A program made the position numbers and the translations under genes. Shown here one piece after another: positions 38,218 through 49,480 of a stretch of 64,000 nt of DNA. Source of the DNA: Setoptus koraiensis (taxonomy: Eukaryota; Animalia; Arthropoda); contig CM106586.1 of the NCBI GenBank assembly GCA_048013815.1, positions 13,144,001 through 13,208,000 of the forward strand, written 5' to 3'. Below the pieces are notes generated by a model. The model was not told the origin of the DNA and made no database searches. It saw nothing but the letters and a program-made list of their open reading frames with translations. Each line of letters begins with the position of its first letter. The first letter of the stretch is position 1.

Positions 38218-39408
38218 CTAGGCGAGGCGTCGTTGTTTCGTGATCGAAATATTTTTGGACGGTGTCTTCTGTCCGTTGATGACACTTTCGATGTCCTCTT
38301 CGTTCAGTTCTTCTAATACGGCTGAGAAAACCAGCGGATCTAAATTGTTTCCAATCAATTCTATAATGAATATTTGAGACAATGATGATGATATGACGAA
38401 CTCAGCAGGCATCAGTGCTTTGAAGCGCTGTCGGAAAGCTAGAACTCTCAACCCGGGGATGGACACATACATTGTTATGAATATGAAATGCACAATTGAA
38501 GTAATGCCTAATATCAGGAACCAGTACCATAATATGAGGAATATCTTATCATAGAATATATTCAGAGTGAGCACACACATTGGACTGAGTTTGTCGGGAT
38601 GGCCAGTGGGTGAACCTTGGACGAGACTACATGTAGTGATTTTAGGGAATACATGATCGAGTGGATTGTCCAAATCTTTCCACTTTCGTCCAGAAGATGC
38701 CACATGTCCTGGAAATATGATTGAGTCCGTGAAGTAGTATTTGATAACTTTGATACCGTAATCATAATATTGACGATTAAACAGCCAATTGAGGTATATG
38801 ACTTGCAGGATGAGATTGATCACCATGAAAAGGTGGCATAGGTAGTATTTGATTGCCAGCGACTTGTTTATGTTGAAACAGTGCCTTAAGTAGACCAATA
38901 AGTGTCTGTTGTTCTTGAGGTAGTCTTTGAAGACGAGCCGATTATCTTGAAAACACTGACAGACATCGATTACAGTTCCATTTTCACAAATTTTCCATAT
39001 GTAATGTGGTGCATAGAACAACACGGCTTGAACAAGTAATATAAGTGATACATATTGATAATAGTTATGGTAATGTTTTTCCTCTTGTTCCAAAGGGCCC
39101 ATTGGTACGCCTGGATGCATGAAATGTGGCACTCCCGTTGCGTTGGTAGCATTTCTCAACCGGTGTCTTGTGTAAGTTCCCGTGGCCCAGCAATACTGAT
39201 CAGTGTATCCATTGGCCTGATCGCCTTTATCGCCTAATGAACTTTTGCAATCTATTGGATCACCAAATAGTATCTTGGTGGAGACAATAAGACAGAACGT
39301 CAATAGGAATAATACTGTTACTTGGTAGTGTAGGCGAAAAACTGGGAAGTCGATGTGAAGTCGTTTGGTCTTAACTAGACTTTTCAGGCTTGTCAGAGTG
39401 GAAATCAT
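38218..39408 (-). CDS. Innexin (gap-junction/hemichannel protein), divergent, intronless
   Basis: IDFPVFRLHY, GDPIDC...QYCW, YYQYV...FYAPHYIWK and FPKITTC...MCVLTLN...KIFLILWYW; four TM segments and 2+2 extracellular Cys. The likely start is ATG 39408 (MISTLTSLKSLVK). Confidence 0.95.
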   Translation of the reverse strand: MISTLTSLKSLVKTKRLHIDFPVFRLHYQVTVLFLLTFCLIVSTKILFGDPIDCKSSLGDKGDQANGYTDQYCWATGTYTRHRLRNATNATGVPHFMHPGVPMGPLEQEEKHYHNYYQYVSLILLVQAVLFYAPHYIWKICENGTVIDVCQCFQDNRLVFKDYLKNNRHLLVYLRHCFNINKSLAIKYYLCHLFMVINLILQVIYLNWLFNRQYYDYGIKVIKYYFTDSIIFPGHVASSGRKWKDLDNPLDHVFPKITTCSLVQGSPTGHPDKLSPMCVLTLNIFYDKIFLILWYWFLILGITSIVHFIFITMYVSIPGLRVLAFRQRFKALMPAEFVISSSLSQIFIIELIGNNLDPLVFSAVLEELNEEDIESVINGQKTPSKNISITKQRRLA

Positions 39409-39496
39409 TGTTTTTGTCGTTATTGGTTCTTCTTTCAACTTGATATAATTTGTGTCTCTTTTTGTGTCTCGAAATCGCGTTGATGATCTCGTTGTC

Positions 39497-39791
39497 AGTT
39501 GTAGAGCATTTGCGAGTCGCAACAACGTTTGCATTCGCTGCAACTAGTGTTATAGGCGCGATGAATCACATTCGAAGTGGGACAAAAATGGATGCAATCA
39601 CTCGGCTCACTTTGCTTCTTCTCAGTTGTGCACACGTTAACCCGTTGGGACGGAAACCAACCGATACACGCTAGCAACTCAGCACACACAGTTACACATT
39701 TAGCTGTTGTCGCGATGCAATTTGTGGCGCCACAATAAGTTACGGGTTACACTGGATCGGCGAGCGTGCACAAAAATAAGCAACTAGTGAA
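39497..39791 (+). repeat. Left arm of a long inverted repeat (blocks A 39497-39735 then B 39731-39791)
   Basis: Reverse-complement matches to 40260-40509 (A) and 40519-40578 (B). Includes a 49-nt stretch (39541-39589) with one mismatch. Confidence 0.92.
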
Positions 39792-40259
39792 TCTGTGTGT
39801 CTATCAATATGGATGTCAAGCATAGACAACAGGCTCCAAGGATCAAGCGGCCCAGGCACAGGACCACCTGTGCAGCACATAAGCACAGAACATGCAAAGT
39901 GGGGCTGTCTGTGCGGGGTCCAATGAGTTTGACGAATGCTGGGGCAGGCGCAATCTGAGCTTGTGCACGCGTTTGTTTATCGGAATCTCGGCTGAACGAT
40001 CGGACAAAATTAGACGCCGGTCAAGTTGCAAGATTTGCTATTGAGTCGACTATGGTGGTTATAAGTTAGCTTCAGCGGCGACGTTGCAGCTTCGCTGTAG
40101 CTCACCGATAGACATGAGAGTCTCATGATGAGAGAGGATTTAGCTAATGTGAAAGAGCAAGTATAGTTCTGGTTCAAGAGGCGTGTGCAATTTGAAACTG
40201 TGTATAACTGGCCTTCACAAAACAAAGTTCACTGTGATTCAACTGCGAACGATAGTTTG

Positions 40260-40578
40260 TTGTGGCGCCACAAATTGCATCGCGACAACAGCAAAATGTG
40301 TAACTGTGTGTGCTGAGTTGCTAGCGTGTATCGGTTATTTTGCGTCTTCCGTCCCAACGGGTGAACGTGTGCACTTACTGACAACAACCAAAGTGAGCCG
40401 AGAGATCGCATGAATTTTTGTCCCACTTCGAATGTGATTCATCGCGCCTATATCACTAGTTGCAGCGCATGCAAACGCTGTTGTTGTTGCAGGCAAATGT
40501 TCTGCAATTGTGAAACAGTTCACTAGTTGCTTATTTTGTGCACGCTCGCCGATCGAATGTAATTCATAACTTATTGTG
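40260..40578 (-). repeat. Right arm of the inverted repeat (block order B then A on the minus strand)
   Basis: Same matches as for the left arm; the 14-bp palindrome TTGTGGCGCCACAA lies at 40260-40273 and 39722-39735. Confidence 0.92.
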
Positions 40579-41606
40579 TGTTAGCAGGACATTCGATGCT
40601 GCTCGACGCAGCCAGCCCGCCTCGCTTGACGCCAACAGTGGGCGCTCACCCTGTACTCGCACACACTGCTGGCCAGAATTCTATATTGTACTAAAATAAC
40701 ATCAACATTCTACTTGTAGAATCACTCTACTAGAATGTTCAGCTCGGGATGCAAGAGTAAGGCACCATCGTGTGTTTTGCAATTGCCTCATCTCAAGTCG
40801 CACTAACTGCAATCGATCAACTGCATGTCCAGTTGCATGCGGACGCTGATTGACTGTGAAATCAATGTCGCACGCCTAGTATCGAATACTCGTACTCTTG
40901 TATCAACTTGCCAGAGTGTCCATAACACTCCTGTAACTTGAGCCCCCAACTTGCTCAGCGCCCCCCGCCCCCTTTTTGTATTAGGTCGTACTTCCGGTGA
41001 GGCCTACTCAACCTATCGAACTTTTGAGACATTCCTATCTAATGTAGAATCACTTCAATAATTGTTTGCTAGGTACTGAGCGCCGACAGTTGTCGTGGAT
41101 CGTAGGCGCGCCCCAAGGTATCACTGGCACGCTTGCACTGACTACATTGGCAACATTCGACATCTTCGGCCAAATTAGTACCCAAACTCACATGTACGGA
41201 CGGATAGACAAAGGGCATATTTGCAAAAATGTGGTCACATATTTGTATATCGGCACCATAGCTGGGCACAGATCACACTTTTTACCTGTTCGTGGACAAT
41301 ATGGATGTCGAGCGTAGACTATATATACACCTAAATCACTACAACACCATGCAAACATGCCACCGAACAAGCAAACGAGCCATGGTAATTTTGAACCTAC
41401 TCAATTTAAACTATTTGTATTCCTCGTCACTGTGCGTTCATGCCGCACCACCTACCTTGCCTCGTCATTGTCAGCCCATACTCAAATGTTTGTGGCTGAA
41501 GATCAAAAATAGACACAAACAAAGCGATAGACTGATACCCTTTGTCGCTGTTCAGTGAGTTGCGTTCCCGTAGCTCAAGTGATGATACTTTCAAAAGGCT
41601 AATGCA

Positions 41607-43139
41607 ATGAAAACAACAAACATGGCTTCCATAATAGGTAGGACCGTCGAAATATCCTTTGTGTTCCTAATTATATTATTATCACTAGCGAATGCTTTTG
41701 GAAGCCAAAAGAAGGAAATTGAATTGTGCCAAAGCAGATTGAAAGAAGTAAAAACGTTTGACCAATTTGAAAAGTTTGTAACAGATACGTTCAGGCTGGA
41801 TAAACCCGATTGGTTACCAGGAAAACTTACACATAACAGCATTAACGAATGCATCCAATCCAGTGCTGGCCGTCAAAACATAATTGATTTTATGATGCTG
41901 ATCAGAATGGCCCTTTTCAATGGAAAGGTGTGCGACCATTATTTTCAAGACTTTGCCAATTTCGTTCATACACAATTGAACTACAACAGCAAAAATCGTC
42001 TACTGCCACTATTCAAGCTGTTCATGGAGCAAGTTATGATCACTTGCAAACGATCTATGTTTCGTAAATTACTCGAAATGGAAAAGGAGTACTACTTTGT
42101 AAATAGTTTGAAGTTGGTGGCAAACTTTGGAGCCAATCTTCACTGGTTCACAAGCAATGCGTCGCCAACGTGGTCAGGCAAACCAATCACGTCTCGATCG
42201 GCAGACGATCGGAGATTGACACCAAAGGTAATCAACGTGTTCAAGGTGAAAAATTTAGACGAACTTGCGGAACAGACTAACATTTCAGAGAAAACAAATT
42301 TTCTTCCAGAAGATGTAGTATTGCACGAAGAGCTTCTGTCTACTGAATCTAGCTATGATAAGGTGCTCAAGTCGATTGGTTATGACGCAAGCATGAATCC
42401 GGATCAGTTAGAATTACTCAAATCACTCGGTAGAAGTTGTGTTATTTTGCGCTATTTTGCTGAAACCTCAATCTATCCCGTGACTAAGATGTCTCGATTG
42501 GGTTACTCCACTGACGGTATTGTGCGTAACAGCCAACATAACCAAGATAATATTGACGAAAAAATAAAGATGCTACCTCGGATGCAATTGTTGCTTGGAT
42601 CACTTCAAGTTTGCGAAGTTCTATTCTTGGTCCAAGCTAGACAGGTCGAAGATATAGAACCAAATCAGAAGAACGAGAAAGAGACAAAAATCATAGAATT
42701 CGCAATTGGAAGAGACCCGTCTGTTAATAAGCGATCATCTGGTAGAAAAAAATTACGCCTATTAAAGATGCCTTTACCTTCTCGCAAGTCATACAACAAG
42801 TTCAGTCCTAAAGATATTTTAGGAACAGCACTGGAGGGCAACCTTACTTCCCCAAATGAACGATGTAGTTCATGTAGCTTGAAAGCTCTGATACTGGGAT
42901 CGTTCACAAATAAATTGTTTGCCCCTCCTCGAAGTGATTGGGATAAACACAAGGCATCGCTCCGTTCGGATATCTTTCAAAATGAATTCTTTCACACTTT
43001 GGTAGACTTGATTACACTCACCAGCGATACGCTGAATCATGAAATTGGAATTGACGCTTCTAACTGGATGAACTATCCTATAGATAAAAATGTTGAAAGA
43101 TCTATGAGTGAACAAAATTTATATAAAGAAAACGTCTGA
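41607..43139 (+). CDS. Hypothetical secreted protein, 510 aa, intronless, no recognised family
   Basis: Long non-repetitive ORF in AT-rich DNA. N-terminal hydrophobic segment (ISFVFLIILLSLANA|FG) with a signal-peptidase-like site; scattered Cys; no other obvious TM segment. Confidence 0.85.
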   Translation: MKTTNMASIIGRTVEISFVFLIILLSLANAFGSQKKEIELCQSRLKEVKTFDQFEKFVTDTFRLDKPDWLPGKLTHNSINECIQSSAGRQNIIDFMMLIRMALFNGKVCDHYFQDFANFVHTQLNYNSKNRLLPLFKLFMEQVMITCKRSMFRKLLEMEKEYYFVNSLKLVANFGANLHWFTSNASPTWSGKPITSRSADDRRLTPKVINVFKVKNLDELAEQTNISEKTNFLPEDVVLHEELLSTESSYDKVLKSIGYDASMNPDQLELLKSLGRSCVILRYFAETSIYPVTKMSRLGYSTDGIVRNSQHNQDNIDEKIKMLPRMQLLLGSLQVCEVLFLVQARQVEDIEPNQKNEKETKIIEFAIGRDPSVNKRSSGRKKLRLLKMPLPSRKSYNKFSPKDILGTALEGNLTSPNERCSSCSLKALILGSFTNKLFAPPRSDWDKHKASLRSDIFQNEFFHTLVDLITLTSDTLNHEIGIDASNWMNYPIDKNVERSMSEQNLYKENV

Positions 43140-43634
43140 TGATCAATAATTACGACGAAATCAAAACAAACACTACATCGGCTTTTGGACGCATTGATCC
43201 AAAGGAGCTTTGTGATATTTGTGAATCTTGTGTACAACTAGATAAAACAAAAAATCTGAATCAGCTCCTGACTGATCACTAGCTAAATCTGCTCGTTCAT
43301 TCGCAAATGAACTGCCCAGACTTAGCGAACTAGAAGTGTCCAAGTGCATATTTTTTTCCTTTCGACACAAGAATGTGAGGCACCGTAATGCTGCTCATTT
43401 CTAACTTGTATCAAGTAATGTAGAAATGAATCTGCATCCCAAGAAGGACTAATTAACACTTTGCGCAGTACACACGGCAATAAAGTTTGTAGTGATTCTA
43501 GACAGAAGTACTTTTGTTGTTGAGTCTTGGCCTCTATTGAGATTTGGGTCAGTCTAATGCCAGACCAATTGCTGCTCTCGAATCCCACTGGGATTATCCC
43601 AGTGAAAAGATTCTTCGAACTTTGTCATCCATAA
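43139..43634 (+). pseudogene. Possible decayed tandem paralogue of the N-terminal part of the 510-aa protein
   Basis: Frame-broken fragments show collinear similarity by eye: SAFGRIDPKELC vs NAFGSQKKEIELC; CRNESASQEGLINTLRSTHGNKVC vs CIQSSAGRQNIIDFMMLIRMALFNGKVC; IIPVKRFFE vs LLPLFKLFME. Confidence 0.4.
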
Positions 43635-43639
43635 ACTGA

Positions 43640-43654
43640 GCGCTAGATGGCAGC
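43640..43654 (+). promoter_or_regulatory. CTCF-like site
   Basis: GCGCTAGATGGCAGC is close to the CTCF core CC(A/G)C(C/T)AG(A/G)(G/T)GGC(A/G)(G/C); ~300 bp upstream of the listerin ATG. Confidence 0.3.
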
Positions 43655-43956
43655 GGCGGCTGAATGGGCGTGCACACATCTGATGAGCCATGCTTTTTGC
43701 AACCAATATCATAGTTTATCTCTCGTTAGTTTTCAGCATTCCGCGATAGAGAAACATTTGGATCGCTCAATCCAATTGAATATTTGCCACAAATGGGATC
43801 TGGCAAATGTTATATATATATTTAATAGCCAAAATATTGACGACAACAACAACAAGAAACTGAATTTCCAATAATGGCTCTCACTTAACAAGAATAAGAT
43901 CAACCGTGACGATCATCGAGGCTTCTAGATAGGAATAGATAAGGTACTCTATCGAA

Positions 43957-46900
43957 ATGGGGAAGGCAAATAGAGTTGCCGGAAACGTAAAGGTATTTCG
44001 TTGATTGCTCTCGTGATAAATTCTCAAATCGATTCCTCTCTCTATATTTGACACGTTTGAGATGTTGGTGAATTCTTTAATAACTTCTATTTTTATTTAA
44101 TTTCTTAACGGCAGCCCTCAAGCAGCGGACGGATTGGGGAACTTCTTGACGGCAAAATAAATGTGATAACCTTTAGTGCATTATCTCAATCAAATGACCA
44201 AAAGCCGAATGATGTAATCATCATAGATCAAGAGGAATTCTTTGAAGATGATGAGCTTCGACTTATCTGGAAAAGACTCGGTAAAAAAGACTGTGTTACA
44301 AGAATCAAAGCTATGAGAGACATATCTGAATATTTCCGAGATAAGCCTGATAACAATGAAGAAACTATTAACTTATTGACAAACCTATTACCACTTTGGG
44401 CACGTTATTTCAACAAGCATGCATTGGATCACGATTGGCAATTGAGAGATGCCAGTTTTGACGCTCTCGACAAGTTGGCTGTCAAACTTAACAGAAAAAT
44501 AGCACCCAACCTCAAACAAATCATGCCAGTCTGGCTAATAGGTCAATTTGATCCATGCGCACCAGTTGCCAGATGCGCCCAAAAGTCCTTCAACTATTTG
44601 TTCACTCGTGAAAAACAAATGGAGGCTATATTATTTTGCCAAAATGAAATCTTGAATTACATCTCTAGTGTAATCATAGAACCACCTAAGATTAAAGCAT
44701 CAACAACCGATTCATCAAATGTGGACTCAAGTAGCCAAATGCGTGAACGTCATGAAAGGCTAACAGTTGGCTGTCTTGGAAGTCTGTCCCTGCTTATAAA
44801 CTCCCACAAACAAAATCATAAACCATCCGACTCACTGATTGATGAAACCTCCGTCCTTAGGTTCATCTTGTCTAACGATAAATTTTGGAAGCTTTCCAAA
44901 CATACTAATTACTCTGTAAGGAATGCATTTTATAACTTTCTGTTTAATCTGGTCAAGAAATTCGATATTGAGAAGATTTTGGACAAAGGCAGCATAACAA
45001 AACTATATCAATGCACTTTCGGTAGAATTACAGACCAACATGTACAAACATGTGAATTAATTTGGGACATAATTCTATTTTTAAGTAACTCAAATAACAC
45101 CCACTTGATACCATGGAACCACGTCGATTTTCAAAAAGCCTTCAAACCTCAACTATTCGCTACTATTAAGAATAATTTCAACCATAAGATATCAACTTGT
45201 CTACCAACATTTATCCAAAACATGAGATTAGATCGATTGGTGCAATACAATATAGATAAAGATAAGTTTATCATTGAGTTATTTGAAAGTATATCTTCAC
45301 TGATGACCGAAGACAGCACAAGTCCAACTAAGCAAGTCTACAAAAATACTAAATCCTTTAACGAACGACATTCGGCCATGAGGTCTCTTGTAGAGTGTTT
45401 GGCTATAGTTGTTTTTGATCAACAGTCCTCCAACACTATTAAAACGGTATCAAAAAACATGAGTGAATACATGCAACAATCTTATGAATCTGTCATCAAC
45501 ACTACCCAACTTCTAACAGATTTGACATACCTGCTCATAACTATCAATGCTACCATAAATGAGCTTAGTACCTGTGACGGGTTGGCCTCATTATCAGATG
45601 CAATCTTCTCCATTATCGATGATCTGGTTCAATTCCTTACCGATGCATTCGTCAATAGTTACAGTCAACAAATTGAAGATGAAGCAGGCGCAGAGGAACA
45701 AGAGATTTTCTACCAAAGGTGCTCTGACAATTTGACCCAGGCTATTAAATCCATATATTTGCCTATAAGAGACCCCGAGAATATCAAGTCAAGTTTGAAT
45801 CAATCTGTGCTCGTAGAGTACTCAAAAAGATTAAATCCAAACTCTATCATAGCAGCGTCTAAAAATTTAGAAGAGCATCTTTTGAACTTGGGCTTATTTT
45901 CGACTGTGACAGAAAAGGTCCGTGAACGATGTAAACAAAGCACCGATGCACACTCTTTAAGACTTTTCAATGAATTCATGGCTATAGATTTGAATTTGTT
46001 AGCAGCAGGATCTTCGACTATCACAGTGGCTGAAATCTGGTCAGAGATCTCTCATTTATGGATAAAGAATATCGAGATAACAAGCTCTGCCCAGATGTTA
46101 GTCAAGTCAAAAATCCTCGTGCGATTGGTTGACATTGCTGCTTTGAAAGAAAGTTACAACAACGAAAAATTGAGCTGTTTCATTGAGGAAATAATAGACA
46201 AATTCCAAGGTAGTGATATGCTCTATAGGTACACACTGCAAGAAATCTCTAAATCTCCCCTACATACGCATTGGATAGATTGGCTAACAAATGGAGAGGT
46301 ATTTAAAAAGAAACTTCGCCAGATCGCTGACAGTGTTATAGGGAAAAAGTCAAGAGGCAATGAAGAGAATTTCAGCGATGATCAAGATGTCTCTCTAGAT
46401 GCCTCTGAATCGAGATGGATGATATTAGCTCATTGTTGTCGTATTCCATCATTACACAATGTTTTAAGTGTTGCATTCGAAGTTTGGACGGATAATCTCA
46501 CTAAACTTGAAGAGCCATCGCGAATAAAAAGAGTTTTAGAAGATCTGTCCACCAACATCATTACGCACATGATTGAACAAAAGAATTTTAAAAAGAACAC
46601 TTGGCCATGCATAATATCTGAGGAACTTATGCACAAACTTTACATTGCCGATTGCAACTTCAACACTAGTAGCAAAAGTCTGAGTAAATTGGTGGCGCTA
46701 TCAATTCCTTGTGATAACCAACAGAGAATAACTTTGATTTCGAAGTGTCTCCCCAATGTAAAGTTTTTCATACTCAACCTCAAATCTATTGAACAAGCAG
46801 AACACGTCGTTGAATGTATGGTGAATACAATCGGTGACGAGACGTTAATCGACAAGTCTGAGCTGGAGATATACCTCGAAGCACTACTACTAAGCCCCGC

Positions 46901-49427
46901 TGAGTGGCAATCTCTCATTTTTCGCAGTTGCCCACCTTTATTGCGTCATTGTTTTTACAAAGATTTGAGCTGCCTACCAGAACTATTATCTAGCATACCC
47001 ATCGTGGATGGTTCTACTGAACATATCGAATTCAATACAGAAAGCGAAAGTTCAATGATATTAGCCACATTAGTTCTAAGTCAATTTATACACAGAATGG
47101 CCACTAGTAAAAAAACTAAGCTGGTTCAAATTCCATGGTTGTTAGCTGGCAGGACTTTGTTGGACATTTGCAAGGAGGCCAAACAACAGTACGGACTATT
47201 AGCAGATAGCGCCCTCAAGGGAATAGAGTCAAGCCTTCCCATCTCATTGGATTGCTTTGATATGAACGATCGCAAGCAGGTAATCTCAGAATTATTTCAA
47301 TTAAGCATGGAAAAAGGTTTTCCATTTTTCCTCACTCTCAATGAAGTTTTATCACCAACTGGAACAATAACTTGGGGCAAGTCTTATGCCAAGGAAGAAT
47401 TAGAAAAAATTCTACCGATGCAGTTGGCAATCAATAATATCAGTGTGAGACAAGTGGCTTATTTACAATCTGGTGCAGCCTACATGTCTGATGCAAAACT
47501 CAGAGACATACTGGGTGAGATTGTTGATAAACTAGTTGAATCTGAACAATTGGCGACAAACTATCAGACAGCCTACAAAATTAATATTATGACTAGCGTT
47601 ATTTATCATTTGCGCGATAGAGTGGACATTTTCGATATAATCAGTCCAGTTTTATCTATGATCAACGATCTCAAGCTTATCCAACCTGCGCCAAGTCATT
47701 TAGACGAATTGGACTTGGAGGATATCACATTCTCTCTTGCGCTCAATGATTTCTACAGGATGTGCATTGCTCACCTGAAAGAGGAAATGAGTGTTATAGA
47801 GTGGGATCTCATACACGTTTCAATTGCCAAATGGATAGCGTTGATGGTAGATTCGAAGTCACAGATACTTGTCGGGGTTAGCAAGCCTATATTTGCTACC
47901 AAAGTTTTGATGACAATTCAAGACCTTATCTGTCTGGCTAAAGACTGGCAGGAAAGAGAAGGGGCATCGAGGCCTGATTTTCCTCTGATGCAGACATTGG
48001 TTGAAGAATGGAATGAGTTACACTCCGTAAATGTTTATTTTCCCTTGCTATTGATCTATTTTGACTTGGCTAGTAGAGAAAACTTGTCAGACCGTGATCT
48101 TATAGTAGTGTCATCGTTGGCTCAAATTGTCGTAAATGCCGATGTGGATATAATATGGAGAAATTGCGAATTCTTTCCAAACCGAGAATCAGCCGACGAT
48201 ATTGCCAACATACAGCAGGTGAAAGAATGCAGATTCCTCAAGTTACCTCAGAATAGACGCAATGGAATTGATAATTTGTGTCATTTATTCAAAAGTAGCC
48301 ACCGTGTTGTTATAGTGTCGGCTCATATAATAATGACCAAACTAATGTCAAAAATTTGGAGCGAAGTCAGCGAAGAAATATTGAAAGACGATCAATCATC
48401 GGAAGCAAGTTTGTGTCTTGTGCCACCAGCTTCAATGATATCAATATTGATTAGGAAAGATTCAATGGTATCGACGTTGTTAAGCGAGTTCCGAGTTGGT
48501 GATGTCTCTATCGTAATAGAACAGGATACATACTCATACACCTGTACTTTGAGTTATTTTTTCATATGGCAAGAAATACTGGAATTTATGTCGGGTTTGA
48601 CAGTGGAATTGAAACAACAAATAAGCACCTATTTGCAGGAAGCGGGCTTTGTCCAAAGGTTACTGGACAACGTTTTTAGGTTAATGCCTTCAATAACTGA
48701 CTGCAGCGCTACATTCAAGAGTGATGAAGAAATGGGTAACTTTTTGCGTTCCGCGCAACTTAATTTGAGCTTAGTGGAACAAGCGAACGAGATAGAAATG
48801 TTGGCTTTGCATACCTATTTCCAAGCTGCTCGTCGTATGCCAGTTACTGTTCGACAATGGTATAATAACGTCAATAAGAGAGTGTCGGATTTAGTCAACA
48901 AGTACACAACACGATATATATCTCCAGTTATATGTGCATTAGAATTTGATACTGTCCAAGAGAGAAAACAAGAGAAATTGGGCGATGACAATTTCAAGAA
49001 TATGACCATCAAAGCAAGGCCAACAGCTCGCGAAGTTGTGGCTGTTTACACATTAGATGAATTCAGTCTGGAATTAACAATCAAGTTACCCGTCAATTAT
49101 CCGTTAGGCCCTGTAATAGTAGATGGCGGCAAAAGAGTTGGAGTGTCTGACCTACAATGGCGCAATTGGCTCTTGAGATTGACGACATTTTTGACGCACC
49201 AGAACGGACCAATATTAGATGGAATTGAATTGTGGAAACGCAATATTGATAAGAGATTCGAAGGTCTGGAGGAGTGCATGATATGCTTCAGTATATTATA
49301 CTCGAATTATCAATTACCAAAACTAAAATGTCGACATTGTACCAAGATGTTTCATAATACATGCTTGTATAAATGGTTTGTCACGAGTAGCAACTCGACC
49401 TGTCCGTTATGTAGAAACATGTGGTAG
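43957..49427 (+). CDS. LTN1: E3 ubiquitin ligase listerin (ribosome quality control), ~1782 aa, 2 exons (43957-43992, 44115-49427)
   Basis: MGKANRVAGNVK|PSSSGRIGELL N-terminus, KRLGKKDCVTRIKA, HEAT-like body, RWD domain (ELTIKLPVNYPL) and C-terminal RING (CMICF...CRHCTKMFHNTCLYKWF...CPLCR). The 122-nt phase-0 GT-AG intron is in frame. Confidence 0.95.
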
Positions 49428-49474
49428 ATGAGATTAGCAGCACGATAATTATCACAAAGACACACTATATGAAG

Positions 49475-49480
49475 AATAAA
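49475..49480 (+). terminator. Candidate polyadenylation signal of listerin
   Basis: AATAAA ~48 nt after the stop codon. Confidence 0.45.

Noticed and set aside
39409-39543. 45-aa N-terminal extension of the innexin ORF
   Set aside because: It starts at a TTG inside the inverted repeat; family alignment begins at ATG 39408.
41066-41370. Cys-rich short ORFs between the inverted repeat and the orphan gene
   Set aside because: Overlapping frames on both strands with non-ATG starts and no consistent gene model.
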